From the IMG/VR virus record IMGVR_UViG_3300033141_004958: 64,000 bases of DNA; one strand, written 5' to 3'. This DNA comes from an uncultured virus (IMG/VR IMGVR_UViG_3300033141_004958) (taxonomy: Duplodnaviria; Heunggongvirae; Uroviricota; Caudoviricetes). The notes under the pieces were generated by a model that did no database searches, was not told where the DNA came from, and saw only the letters and a program-made list of their open reading frames with translations. Below, piece after piece: positions 10,603-19,332 of this stretch; position 1 is the stretch's first letter; each line of letters opens with the position of its first letter. The position numbers were made by a program, and so were the translations under genes.

Positions 10603-11029
10603 TATAGCGCAGCTCCTTTATTAATATATCGACAAACTCATCCTCGGTGATGCCTGCCTCTTCAAGCCGATTCCTAAACTCAACATAAATTTGCTTAGCC
10701 GCAACAAGTTTCTTTGTTCGCTCTATTAATTCGGCGTCACTCATTGGTATTAGTTGTGTTTCGCGTAGCAAATACCCCACGGTCAATAATTTAAGCTTAG
10801 GGCCGCCGATAAGTCGCTTTATCTTAAAAATTAATCGTTTATACAGCGAAACCGCGCGTTTTTCTTCTCTTGTCTTCGGCTCTCTTAATATTACGCCGTC
10901 CTTATCTACTAAACCCAAATTATATGCCTCTGTTTTTCTAATCGGCTTAAGCAAATCTGCTACAAATTTTGCCAAGAAAAGTCCATCAAAAACTCTACCT
11001 TCAATTACAATTTCTTTTTGACTACTCAT
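10595..11029 (-). CDS. Conserved T4-like phage hypothetical protein
   Basis: TEAYNLGLVDKDG..RLIFKIKRL motif recurrent near uvsW in T4-like phages. Confidence 0.6.
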   Translation of the reverse strand: MSSQKEIVIEGRVFDGLFLAKFVADLLKPIRKTEAYNLGLVDKDGVILREPKTREEKRAVSLYKRLIFKIKRLIGGPKLKLLTVGYLLRETQLIPMSDAELIERTKKLVAAKQIYVEFRNRLEEAGITEDEFVDILIKELRYNA

Positions 11030-11471
11030 TGAAAATCTCCTCTACAACTCGAGCCACCGATTTATTTTGCATAAGTTCATTCCGCATCTCAGGCGTCATT
11101 AGAAATTGCTTAACTCTGGCGCCCTTTTTATATACCGTTTCGAACCGTGACGGTGGATTTTTACCAAATCCATATAATGAGAATATTTCTTTTAGTATAA
11201 TCCGTACTTCCGCAAACATTTTTCTATCATATAAAATAAGACATACATGCTTAAATCGCTCAAGAAAATCTTGACCGCTGCGGTCTCGCTCAATGACACG
11301 GTCAATAGCATTAGCAATATCGGAAAATGATAATGGGTCGGTTACCTCGGCAATGGGCTCTTTAACTTTTATAGGATGTATTATCCGAGGCCGATATGAT
11401 TTCTTCGCTTTTTGTATTTTGATAACATTATCGATATTTGCCAGTAACGCCTTTATATCTCTATGTGCCAT
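11022..11471 (-). CDS. Hypothetical protein
   Basis: Start overlaps uvsW stop (TAATG coupling). Confidence 0.6.
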   Translation of the reverse strand: MAHRDIKALLANIDNVIKIQKAKKSYRPRIIHPIKVKEPIAEVTDPLSFSDIANAIDRVIERDRSGQDFLERFKHVCLILYDRKMFAEVRIILKEIFSLYGFGKNPPSRFETVYKKGARVKQFLMTPEMRNELMQNKSVARVVEEIFNE

Positions 11472-12955
11472 TATAACGTGACCTCCGAATTAGTAATGTC
11501 AAAATCATTCTGTATGTAATATTCAACTCGCGCTGTTATTCTTTTTTGGGCATATGGCAAAAGATCGGCGAGGTCATAAATAATAACCTGTTTTTTTGAT
11601 TTATGCGTCCTCAAACCCCTGCCTATACTCTGAAGAGTACGGATTTTACTTTTTCCCGCCATAGCAAAAAGTATAACATGTAGTTTTCTAATGTTTATGC
11701 CTAATTGATAAACACCATATGTTGCAACGATAACTCTACCCGTCGATGATTCCATCCCCAATCGTATCTTTTCTCGTGTACTTACTGGCATTGCACCATG
11801 CACAAAGTCACACTCAATCCCAGCCTCTGTCAATGATTCCATTAATTTGCGACCATGGTCGAGTTTTTCTACCAATATTAATGAATTTTCCCCACGAGAA
11901 CAATGTGGAACTATTAGTTTCTTTATTAATTTATTTCGAATCGGATGCTCCTCAATAAACTTTTGCTCTAAAGCATATGCTTTATTACCTGGGGCATCTT
12001 TCTTAATCTTCTTTAGATTTAAACTATCGTTTGAGGAATATTTAATATTTACTACTATGACTTTAACATCGCTTAAGTAACCCTCATTAATCAATGAGGC
12101 CGTCTTTTCAATATCAATTATCGGGCCCGTTAATCCTAAAATTAAATATTTATCCGCCTCGACATCCGGTAGAGTACCAGTAACACCATATCTAAACTTA
12201 GCAGCTGAGATGCTCTCTAATACACCACGTAATACCTTAGCCTTAACTTGATGTGCTTCATCAACAAAAACGCATTCCTTTTCTTTGAGCCATTTATTTT
12301 TTCGACCATTAAGCGATTGCCAGGTCGAAACTAATATCGGCCGCGTCTCTTGATGAATCCCGCCATAAAACATACCAATGTCATTGCTATCAAACCCAGC
12401 GGCTATGAGCTCTTGCCTAAATTGTTCTACGAGCTGAATTCGAGGTACAATAATAATAGAATTTTGTACGTCATGTAAACGACGTAAACAGCTCAAAATC
12501 AACGATATCAAATATGACTTGCCCGACCCCGTCGCATGAATGATATTGCCACGCCGATGTTGTAATGCTGCAAAGGCCGCACGCAATTGATACTTCCTTG
12601 GTTTCATTGTAGTTAGATCAAGCCCTCGTATACCATAAACAAACTCTTCCCTGGTTATTGGCTGTTGCCCTAATACATCCTCTCGCAAAATATGGTCGAT
12701 ATTAAAAACTATATCACCATCATACTCCGTATTAAGTTTATCTACAACCTCCGGAACCAAACCAGTATATATCGTCCCGTTTGATCTAAAGAATCGGATA
12801 TGCCCATCCCAAATCCCCCTTCGATATGATGGCATATACCAATATCCATCCACCGGAACACCAAATGCATCATATAGAAAACCGAGAATATGCGGCTCGG
12901 CCGTTACTTTACTATAAATAGTGTTTACGGGTGTTATATCTACATATTGTGTCAT
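11471..12955 (-). CDS. uvsW: UvsW SF2 RNA-DNA/DNA helicase
   Basis: WDGHIRFF, PRKYQ, ATGSGKS, DEAH, GVTGT, LQSIGRGLR. Confidence 0.96.
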   Translation of the reverse strand: MTQYVDITPVNTIYSKVTAEPHILGFLYDAFGVPVDGYWYMPSYRRGIWDGHIRFFRSNGTIYTGLVPEVVDKLNTEYDGDIVFNIDHILREDVLGQQPITREEFVYGIRGLDLTTMKPRKYQLRAAFAALQHRRGNIIHATGSGKSYLISLILSCLRRLHDVQNSIIIVPRIQLVEQFRQELIAAGFDSNDIGMFYGGIHQETRPILVSTWQSLNGRKNKWLKEKECVFVDEAHQVKAKVLRGVLESISAAKFRYGVTGTLPDVEADKYLILGLTGPIIDIEKTASLINEGYLSDVKVIVVNIKYSSNDSLNLKKIKKDAPGNKAYALEQKFIEEHPIRNKLIKKLIVPHCSRGENSLILVEKLDHGRKLMESLTEAGIECDFVHGAMPVSTREKIRLGMESSTGRVIVATYGVYQLGINIRKLHVILFAMAGKSKIRTLQSIGRGLRTHKSKKQVIIYDLADLLPYAQKRITARVEYYIQNDFDITNSEVTL

Positions 12956-12964
12956 AACAACCTA

Positions 12965-13447
12965 CTATATAAGATCGTGTTTTTTCATATCAATAGCATT
13001 TCGTATAGCAAAACTGCGTTGTTGAAATAATTTAACAGTTCGCTCCAAAAATGCCACAAGTGATTCCTGTTGATCAATGGCATTCTGTAGCCGCATATAT
13101 GGCCCATATTTTTCTATCGCAGCATCTATATCTCTTTCCGACAGTAGTCTCTCACTGTTTATCCGCAAAAATATTCGCAACTGAGATTTTAATCTACGCA
13201 TAAGTAGCTTAAGTTTCTTGCACTCTTCCTCTGCAGTCATCAACAGCGTAGAGTATCTGTGGGTCTTACTAATATTATTTATATTTTCAGAAGCAAGGTT
13301 CACATCATTAATTTCAACAATATCGGCTAAAACCCGGTCTTTCAGCTTTTCGAGGGTCGGCGCATCAATTTTAATTTGATTGATAATATCGACCGTCGTA
13401 GCAATGTCTTCTTTAGACACCCGAAATCCTATACTTTGAACTGCCAT
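12965..13447 (-). CDS. uvsY: UvsY recombination mediator
   Basis: C-terminal RSFAIRNAIDMKK; helical; adjacent to uvsW. Confidence 0.85.
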   Translation of the reverse strand: MAVQSIGFRVSKEDIATTVDIINQIKIDAPTLEKLKDRVLADIVEINDVNLASENINNISKTHRYSTLLMTAEEECKKLKLLMRRLKSQLRIFLRINSERLLSERDIDAAIEKYGPYMRLQNAIDQQESLVAFLERTVKLFQQRSFAIRNAIDMKKHDLI

Positions 13448-13622
13448 GATGTTCCTTTCAAACTTTTTTAAAAAAGTAGAACTTTTTTCAATTTTTTGGG
13501 CAATTTTGCTTCAAAACTCATATATCTATTTATGAGCTTTCGAGCTAAAATACTATTATGGACAAATGCCCGTAACACAATTTTTATTCCTGTTTGTATA
13601 CAAATTGTGATAAAAAATGATT

Positions 13623-15425
13623 TTAATTTAATTTTGGGTTTGAAGATAGTTCGACAAACTGTAGGTTACTGAACCCATTCCTCTTCTCAACAGTATATAT
13701 TCTATCAAAACGAGCATCTGTACTAAGTTCATCCCTATGTGTAATTAGAAATATAGCAATATTTGGATCATCTAATGTACGGTGGTGAAGAATATCTAGA
13801 AACCGGGAAATGCCATCGTAGTCAAGGCTTGAATCTAACACTTCGTCTAAAACCAACACATTTGAGTTTAGGCTATTTTCCATCTTAACTAAATCAATAA
13901 ATGTTAGTAGTAACGCTAAATCAACGCGGCGCTTTTGACCGCCACTTAAGTTATGATATTTGTACTGATGTTGTTTTCTATACCTTATCGTAGCATCAAA
14001 AGTAGTGTTGAATTCTAAATCAAATTCCAAACCAAGCTTGCGTAGATATGCTTTTAGTCTCATATTAATAATAGGTAATACCTTCCGAAAAACATACGAG
14101 CGTACGCCAGAATCAGATAATATCTGAGTTATGAATTCGTAATATACATTCTCTTCACTAGTGATTTTTAATTGTTCTTTTGCTACATTCAATTCTGTTT
14201 GTAATTGGTGATATTCTTGCATATCGACGATCTCATAGCTGCTGCGACGCTGTTTTTCTTCCTTGAATCGACTTATATTGACTTGGATGCTATCATCGAT
14301 GGTTTCAATTTGTGATTCCAAAATTTTTAGTTGTTGTTTTTGAGTATCGAGATTTGACCGCTTAGTCACAATATCTTGTAGTTGTTTCTTCAATATTTCT
14401 TCTTTTTTCTTGTAGAAATCTAATTTTTGCGTTAAATTTTCAATCATGGCACGATATTTTTTAATTTGTGCCTCAAGTCGATTTTCTTCTTTCAAATTTA
14501 TACCACATTGAGGGCATCTTTCATTGGAAAGTAGATTTCGTAGATATTCCTTAAAAGTAGTAATATTGTGTTTAAGTAATTTACACTCAGTTGTACATGC
14601 AGCTAATTGTTTTGACCGGCGGCGCTCTTGTCCGACAATGGTATCATAATTCTCGAGGTTATTTTTAATATTGCTTATTTTTCTTAGTGTAGCGGCTCTC
14701 TCGGCCCTGAGTTCCTTAACTCGGTTCTTTATTTCTTTCAATGAATCTCTGATACGTTGCAATTGTTCTGCTTCTTTGCTCGTTTGGTATTTAATATTAT
14801 TACGCAATGATGTTATGTGTCTATTGAGATGAGCGATATCAGATTCCAATATTTTCATTTTATCGGCTTGTTCTTTTTTAATGCTACGTACCAAGATCCA
14901 CATATCACTATAAATGGTTATACCTAATAAATTCTCAATGACGGTGCGTTTATCGTTAAGAGATAGGTCTAAAAAGGGTTTATTGTAATTTAATGATAAT
15001 ATATTAGTATTTTTATAGATACCTGGGCCGCAGCGAAGAATGTCTCGTATCCTTCGCTCGAGTTCGCGTTTATTGCTATAATCTTGCTCTTCACCATCAA
15101 TATATAGGGCTACTGTATTTGGATTTAATGTTCTAACTATTTGATATTGTGTGCCTTTAATATTGAATTTTATGGAGCTTTCGCAATTTCTACCATTTAC
15201 CTTGTTTATTATGTCATCCAAGTTAATTTTCCGTAGCATTGTTCCAAACAACGCAAACATTAAACCATCACATAGAATAGCAGATTTACCACAACCATTT
15301 GCACAATCATCATCGTAATTATATCCGGTTACTAGATGAACCCCCGGGGGAAATTCTACAACCTTTTCCCGATTACCTATAGATAGAAAATTTCTGAGCC
15401 TCAATTCTTCAAATTGTATTTTCAT
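13623..15425 (-). CDS. gp46: gp46 recombination endonuclease ATPase subunit (SbcC/Rad50-like)
   Basis: NFLSIGN, NGCGKS Walker A, CPQC hook, LSGGQKRR signature, LDEVLD Walker B, ITH. Confidence 0.96.
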   Translation of the reverse strand: MKIQFEELRLRNFLSIGNREKVVEFPPGVHLVTGYNYDDDCANGCGKSAILCDGLMFALFGTMLRKINLDDIINKVNGRNCESSIKFNIKGTQYQIVRTLNPNTVALYIDGEEQDYSNKRELERRIRDILRCGPGIYKNTNILSLNYNKPFLDLSLNDKRTVIENLLGITIYSDMWILVRSIKKEQADKMKILESDIAHLNRHITSLRNNIKYQTSKEAEQLQRIRDSLKEIKNRVKELRAERAATLRKISNIKNNLENYDTIVGQERRRSKQLAACTTECKLLKHNITTFKEYLRNLLSNERCPQCGINLKEENRLEAQIKKYRAMIENLTQKLDFYKKKEEILKKQLQDIVTKRSNLDTQKQQLKILESQIETIDDSIQVNISRFKEEKQRRSSYEIVDMQEYHQLQTELNVAKEQLKITSEENVYYEFITQILSDSGVRSYVFRKVLPIINMRLKAYLRKLGLEFDLEFNTTFDATIRYRKQHQYKYHNLSGGQKRRVDLALLLTFIDLVKMENSLNSNVLVLDEVLDSSLDYDGISRFLDILHHRTLDDPNIAIFLITHRDELSTDARFDRIYTVEKRNGFSNLQFVELSSNPKLN

Positions 15426-16522
15426 TTATTAAAATCCTCTACGTAGTTATATTGATATGATCCGGGTTCTGATGCTTTCTCATGTATATATTCTATCATA
15501 CTTACTAGTTTATTTAAGTCTATGTGTTTCGGAAGCTGTATTGTTTTTATAAATTCAATCAATAGTTCACGTGGACCCTCGGTAATTTCAAAACCATCTG
15601 CCAATTGGGGTATATTTTCAAACTCCGATTCAATCGAGCATGACATAATATCACAGGACTCAATCTTTGTTTTTAACTTTAGGAGATCGGCTTCGCTTAT
15701 ATCATTATCGATGATTATTTTAATAAAGTGCCCGGTTAAGGTTGAAAAGTCTTGTTCTGCCTGGCTGGTGTAAATCTTAATGTGTTTGGGTGAAATTTCA
15801 TTCGGAATAAACTTTTCTTCCATATTTCTAAGATTAACAATATACACTCCCTTTTGATTGCCGGCGTCATTCCATGTAATTTCATATGGCGATCCCACAT
15901 ATGTAACATTTCCTTTGGTATCACGCAGATGAAAATGGCCCGCAAATGTCCGTACTGGAAAAATCTCTTGTAGTAATCCGTTACGTTCTTGGTAATGTCT
16001 AACCATTTCAAAATTGTTGATTGAGTTGTGTGTTAGAATTAAGTCGATATCATTCTCTTTTGCCGATTTGATTGCTGATATTGCAGCTTCTCTATCCTCT
16101 GCCGTTTGGATCCATGGAATTAATAGTATTTTTCGATTATCGATGGCAATGGTAGAAATATCTGAGTAAACCGCAACGGTATCAAAGATATTGAATATAT
16201 CTAAGGAGTGGATCTTTTTGGACTTGGTATAGTATACGTCGTGGTTGCCAAGTAAACAATGAATTCTTACTCTTTCGGAAAGATGTTGGAAAATCCTCAG
16301 GGCCAAATTGATGGTTTTGACGTTTAGTATGTTTCTATTGTCAAAGACATCGCCGAGAATAAACAAATCTGATATTTCAGGATTTTTTTCTAGAATTTTG
16401 TATAGAAAAATATTAAAATATACATCCTGGATGTTTTGATAAAGCTGTTTGTTACTATGATGTCCGAAGTGAACATCACCTATTATAGCTATTTTTCGTA
16501 TGGGATTTGGATTATTTGACAT
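15422..16522 (-). CDS. gp47: gp47 recombination endonuclease nuclease subunit (SbcD/Mre11-like)
   Basis: GDVHFG, LGDVFDNR, GNHD, GHFH, YVGSPYEITWND. Confidence 0.96.
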   Translation of the reverse strand: MSNNPNPIRKIAIIGDVHFGHHSNKQLYQNIQDVYFNIFLYKILEKNPEISDLFILGDVFDNRNILNVKTINLALRIFQHLSERVRIHCLLGNHDVYYTKSKKIHSLDIFNIFDTVAVYSDISTIAIDNRKILLIPWIQTAEDREAAISAIKSAKENDIDLILTHNSINNFEMVRHYQERNGLLQEIFPVRTFAGHFHLRDTKGNVTYVGSPYEITWNDAGNQKGVYIVNLRNMEEKFIPNEISPKHIKIYTSQAEQDFSTLTGHFIKIIIDNDISEADLLKLKTKIESCDIMSCSIESEFENIPQLADGFEITEGPRELLIEFIKTIQLPKHIDLNKLVSMIEYIHEKASEPGSYQYNYVEDFNK

Positions 16523-16525
16523 TAA

Positions 16526-16939
16526 TTATGCTACTCCTTCGGACCCATGTTTACTTTTCTTATCATACAACTCTTTACGAAGATTTTTAAGTTTTGTTTC
16601 GGACTTAATTACTTGAAAAAAGGCATTTTTGGCGATTTGTGTACAATAAGCAAATGCATTTGCGTGTTTATAAGATGGGTCGAAGTTATGCGCATATTGT
16701 ATAAGTAGCATTAGTGCGTGTTCTTTCATTTCATCCACAAACGGATAGTTTCGGAAACACGCTTTCGCACCCAATTCATCAACGAGTAATCTAAACATGT
16801 TATATAATTTTTCGGATATATCGGCAACTTGGCCACCTGCGGCCCTCCAAGCAATTAGCTCTGCGCGTAAATTGCTACGATTTAGATAGTTTCGTTGTTT
16901 CTTTTTGTGAGGAAGCACGTTATAATCTCCGGAGTTCAA
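16526..16939 (-). CDS. gp55: Late-transcription sigma factor gp55
   Basis: NYLN, FRNYPFVDEM, NFDP..NAFAYCTQIAKNAF; next to gp47; start codon uncertain (TTG). Confidence 0.9.
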   Translation of the reverse strand: MNSGDYNVLPHKKKQRNYLNRSNLRAELIAWRAAGGQVADISEKLYNMFRLLVDELGAKACFRNYPFVDEMKEHALMLLIQYAHNFDPSYKHANAFAYCTQIAKNAFFQVIKSETKLKNLRKELYDKKSKHGSEGVA

Positions 16940-17012
16940 AATATTTCAAAAAATGACTTACATTATTATATAATTAAGTACAGTAAGTTTTTGGTGTTAG
17001 GAAGGAGAAAAA

Positions 17013-17453
17013 ATGTTTAGGATTCGAAAGCGCTTTAGGATAGAATATGCGCATGTTTTGGAGAGCTCTTATACTGAAAAATGCCAATCTATCCATGGCC
17101 ATTCTGGAATAATTGATGTATATTTAACGTCAGCACAATGCAATAAAGATGGTATGGTTGTGGATTTCGGTAAAGTTAAGGAGGTTATTAGTAGTATAAT
17201 AGATAAATATGATCATGCACTTTTGCTTCACGAAGATAAGGTTGATAAGTACAAAAGCCAACTATCAGATAGCAAAAAGATTGTTTCTGTGCCTGGAAAC
17301 CCAACGGCAGAATTATTGGCATGCCTTTTGTTTATGGAAATAAAAACAGAATTGTTACGCATGGAAACATTGGATCCAGATGTAAATAATGTTCGGTTGG
17401 AGCGAGTTCGATTCCATGAGACCGAAAGTGGCTGGGCAGAATACTGGCAATAG
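17013..17453 (+). CDS. queD: 6-carboxy-5,6,7,8-tetrahydropterin synthase
   Basis: AH, CQSIHGHS, MVVDFG, DHALL, NPTAE, HET motifs; AAGGAG RBS. Confidence 0.93.
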   Translation: MFRIRKRFRIEYAHVLESSYTEKCQSIHGHSGIIDVYLTSAQCNKDGMVVDFGKVKEVISSIIDKYDHALLLHEDKVDKYKSQLSDSKKIVSVPGNPTAELLACLLFMEIKTELLRMETLDPDVNNVRLERVRFHETESGWAEYWQ

Positions 17454-17468
17454 AAAGCGAGATAGAAT

Positions 17469-18059
17469 ATGATAAATCCCGCACATGAAAAGACGACGTC
17501 AATAAATAAAAGTCGCATAGCAGGGCTAATGCGGCAGATTATCGAAACTGGACTTGGTTTGGATATAAAAGACCCTAATCTTAGGGAAACTCCTGAACGT
17601 ATAGCAAAGATGTATATTGATGAATGGTTTAGATCGTTATATGAGGATCCACCCAAAATAACTGTTTTTCCGAACGAAGATAATTATAATCAAATGATTG
17701 TATCTGGGCCCATCCATGTCAAATCAGTTTGCTCGCATCATTTTGTTCCATTTACGGGAATTTGTTATGTTGGATATATTCCAAAGAATTTTTATATTGG
17801 ACTTAGCAAATTAAGTAGAATTGTGCATTACTTTATGCGCATGCCACAGCTCCAGGAGCGAATGACAGACCAAATAGCTACATTTTTAGATACTACAGTG
17901 TCGCCTCTTGGCTGTGGAGTTTATATCAAAGCCCAACATGCTTGCATGACTACACGTGGTGTAGAAGAGCCAGATGCGTTTATGATTACTACGGCACTCA
18001 AAGGTATTTTTCTTGAAAATCCCGCAGTAAAGCAAGAATTTTTATCATACACCAAATAA
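17469..18059 (+). CDS. folE: GTP cyclohydrolase I
   Basis: ETPERIAK, SVCSHHFVPF, GLSKLSR, QLQER, HACMTTRGV. Confidence 0.97.
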   Translation: MINPAHEKTTSINKSRIAGLMRQIIETGLGLDIKDPNLRETPERIAKMYIDEWFRSLYEDPPKITVFPNEDNYNQMIVSGPIHVKSVCSHHFVPFTGICYVGYIPKNFYIGLSKLSRIVHYFMRMPQLQERMTDQIATFLDTTVSPLGCGVYIKAQHACMTTRGVEEPDAFMITTALKGIFLENPAVKQEFLSYTK

Positions 18060-18074
18060 TACAAGGGGAATTGA

Positions 18075-19319
18075 ATGAAAAATCTCATTTATGTGCCATC
18101 TATAAGTGTTGGAACAATGGTTCTGTGTATACGTGGAGACCGTAGGTTTGCCAATGAACGATTTCGTTTTTATAATAAAGGATCCAGTCCAATTTATCAT
18201 CCGCACATAATGATTTCCATGGCTTATTGTTTCGATCTTCATGGAAAAAATCTTAGAGATGTTTATAAAATGGATGAGGATGTTGTAGTATATGGAGATA
18301 GTGGTGGATTTCAAGTAATCTCATCATCCAAAGATACATTAAAAAATTTAACACCAGAAAATATATTAAATATGCTTGAGACGCATTGTAATATTGGATT
18401 GATATTGGATATTCCCCCAAAACGACCATGGAGTCATGATAGCAGTGAGATTGAATATTATAATTATGCACTACAAACGACATATAATAATGCTAAGTAC
18501 TTTTATGAAAATAGACAAGGTAAATGTAAATTATTGAATGTTCTCCAAGGCCGACCTGGAGCCGGACTTAAAAAGTGGTATCATACCATGAAGAATTTTG
18601 ATTTTGATGGATGGGCAGTAGCAGCAAATGAGACCTTGTCCGTAAAATCTATTCAGAAACCACAAACGGCGGCATTAACAGGAACTCAGAAAACGGACGG
18701 CCACGTACTTGCAGATATATTTTATCTAATGCAAAATGGAGAGTTTGAAAAGTCAAATAACAAATACTTGCATATTCTCGGCGTTGGATCAATGTATCAT
18801 ATTGTGACTTTTATATTTTTCCAACATATGTTAAACCGAATGGGATATGATATACAAGTCACGGTTGACGCATCTAATGTAAGTTTGATATCCGGATATG
18901 GTAGGGCAATTATTGCCGATGCTGTGGTTAATATGATTCGATATGATAGTTGTATCGATTATAGTTCAGTATATGACATGCCGTTGCCTTGCGATTGCCC
19001 TGTATGCCGCGACCTCTTAATAAGTGATATATCAGATTTTGGAACTCATCAATATGCGTACATCACACTTCATAATCTGTATGTCCAGCTCCGGCGCATC
19101 GAATTCTTTAATAGATTTTTTGATATAACAACGCGCCTTGGAGAGTCGGGATTTGGTATGCTTACGAATATATCGAATAAGACAGTAAAGAAACTTAGGC
19201 TGATCTCAGAGGCAATACAATCGAAAACACCATATGATACCTTTATAGCCAATGCGTCTGAAGTATTTAGGACCACAGAATCTGTGCAAACCAACATTGA
19301 TACGAGTAGTTTGTTTTAA
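18075..19319 (+). CDS. TGT-fold 7-deazaguanine transglycosylase (tRNA-guanine transglycosylase / DpdA-like)
   Basis: GDSGGFQ, LDIPP, LQG, HILGVG, DASN and CDCPVC...HN zinc site; downstream of queD-folE. Confidence 0.88.
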   Translation: MKNLIYVPSISVGTMVLCIRGDRRFANERFRFYNKGSSPIYHPHIMISMAYCFDLHGKNLRDVYKMDEDVVVYGDSGGFQVISSSKDTLKNLTPENILNMLETHCNIGLILDIPPKRPWSHDSSEIEYYNYALQTTYNNAKYFYENRQGKCKLLNVLQGRPGAGLKKWYHTMKNFDFDGWAVAANETLSVKSIQKPQTAALTGTQKTDGHVLADIFYLMQNGEFEKSNNKYLHILGVGSMYHIVTFIFFQHMLNRMGYDIQVTVDASNVSLISGYGRAIIADAVVNMIRYDSCIDYSSVYDMPLPCDCPVCRDLLISDISDFGTHQYAYITLHNLYVQLRRIEFFNRFFDITTRLGESGFGMLTNISNKTVKKLRLISEAIQSKTPYDTFIANASEVFRTTESVQTNIDTSSLF

Positions 19320-19332
19320 GGAAATAAAGTAT

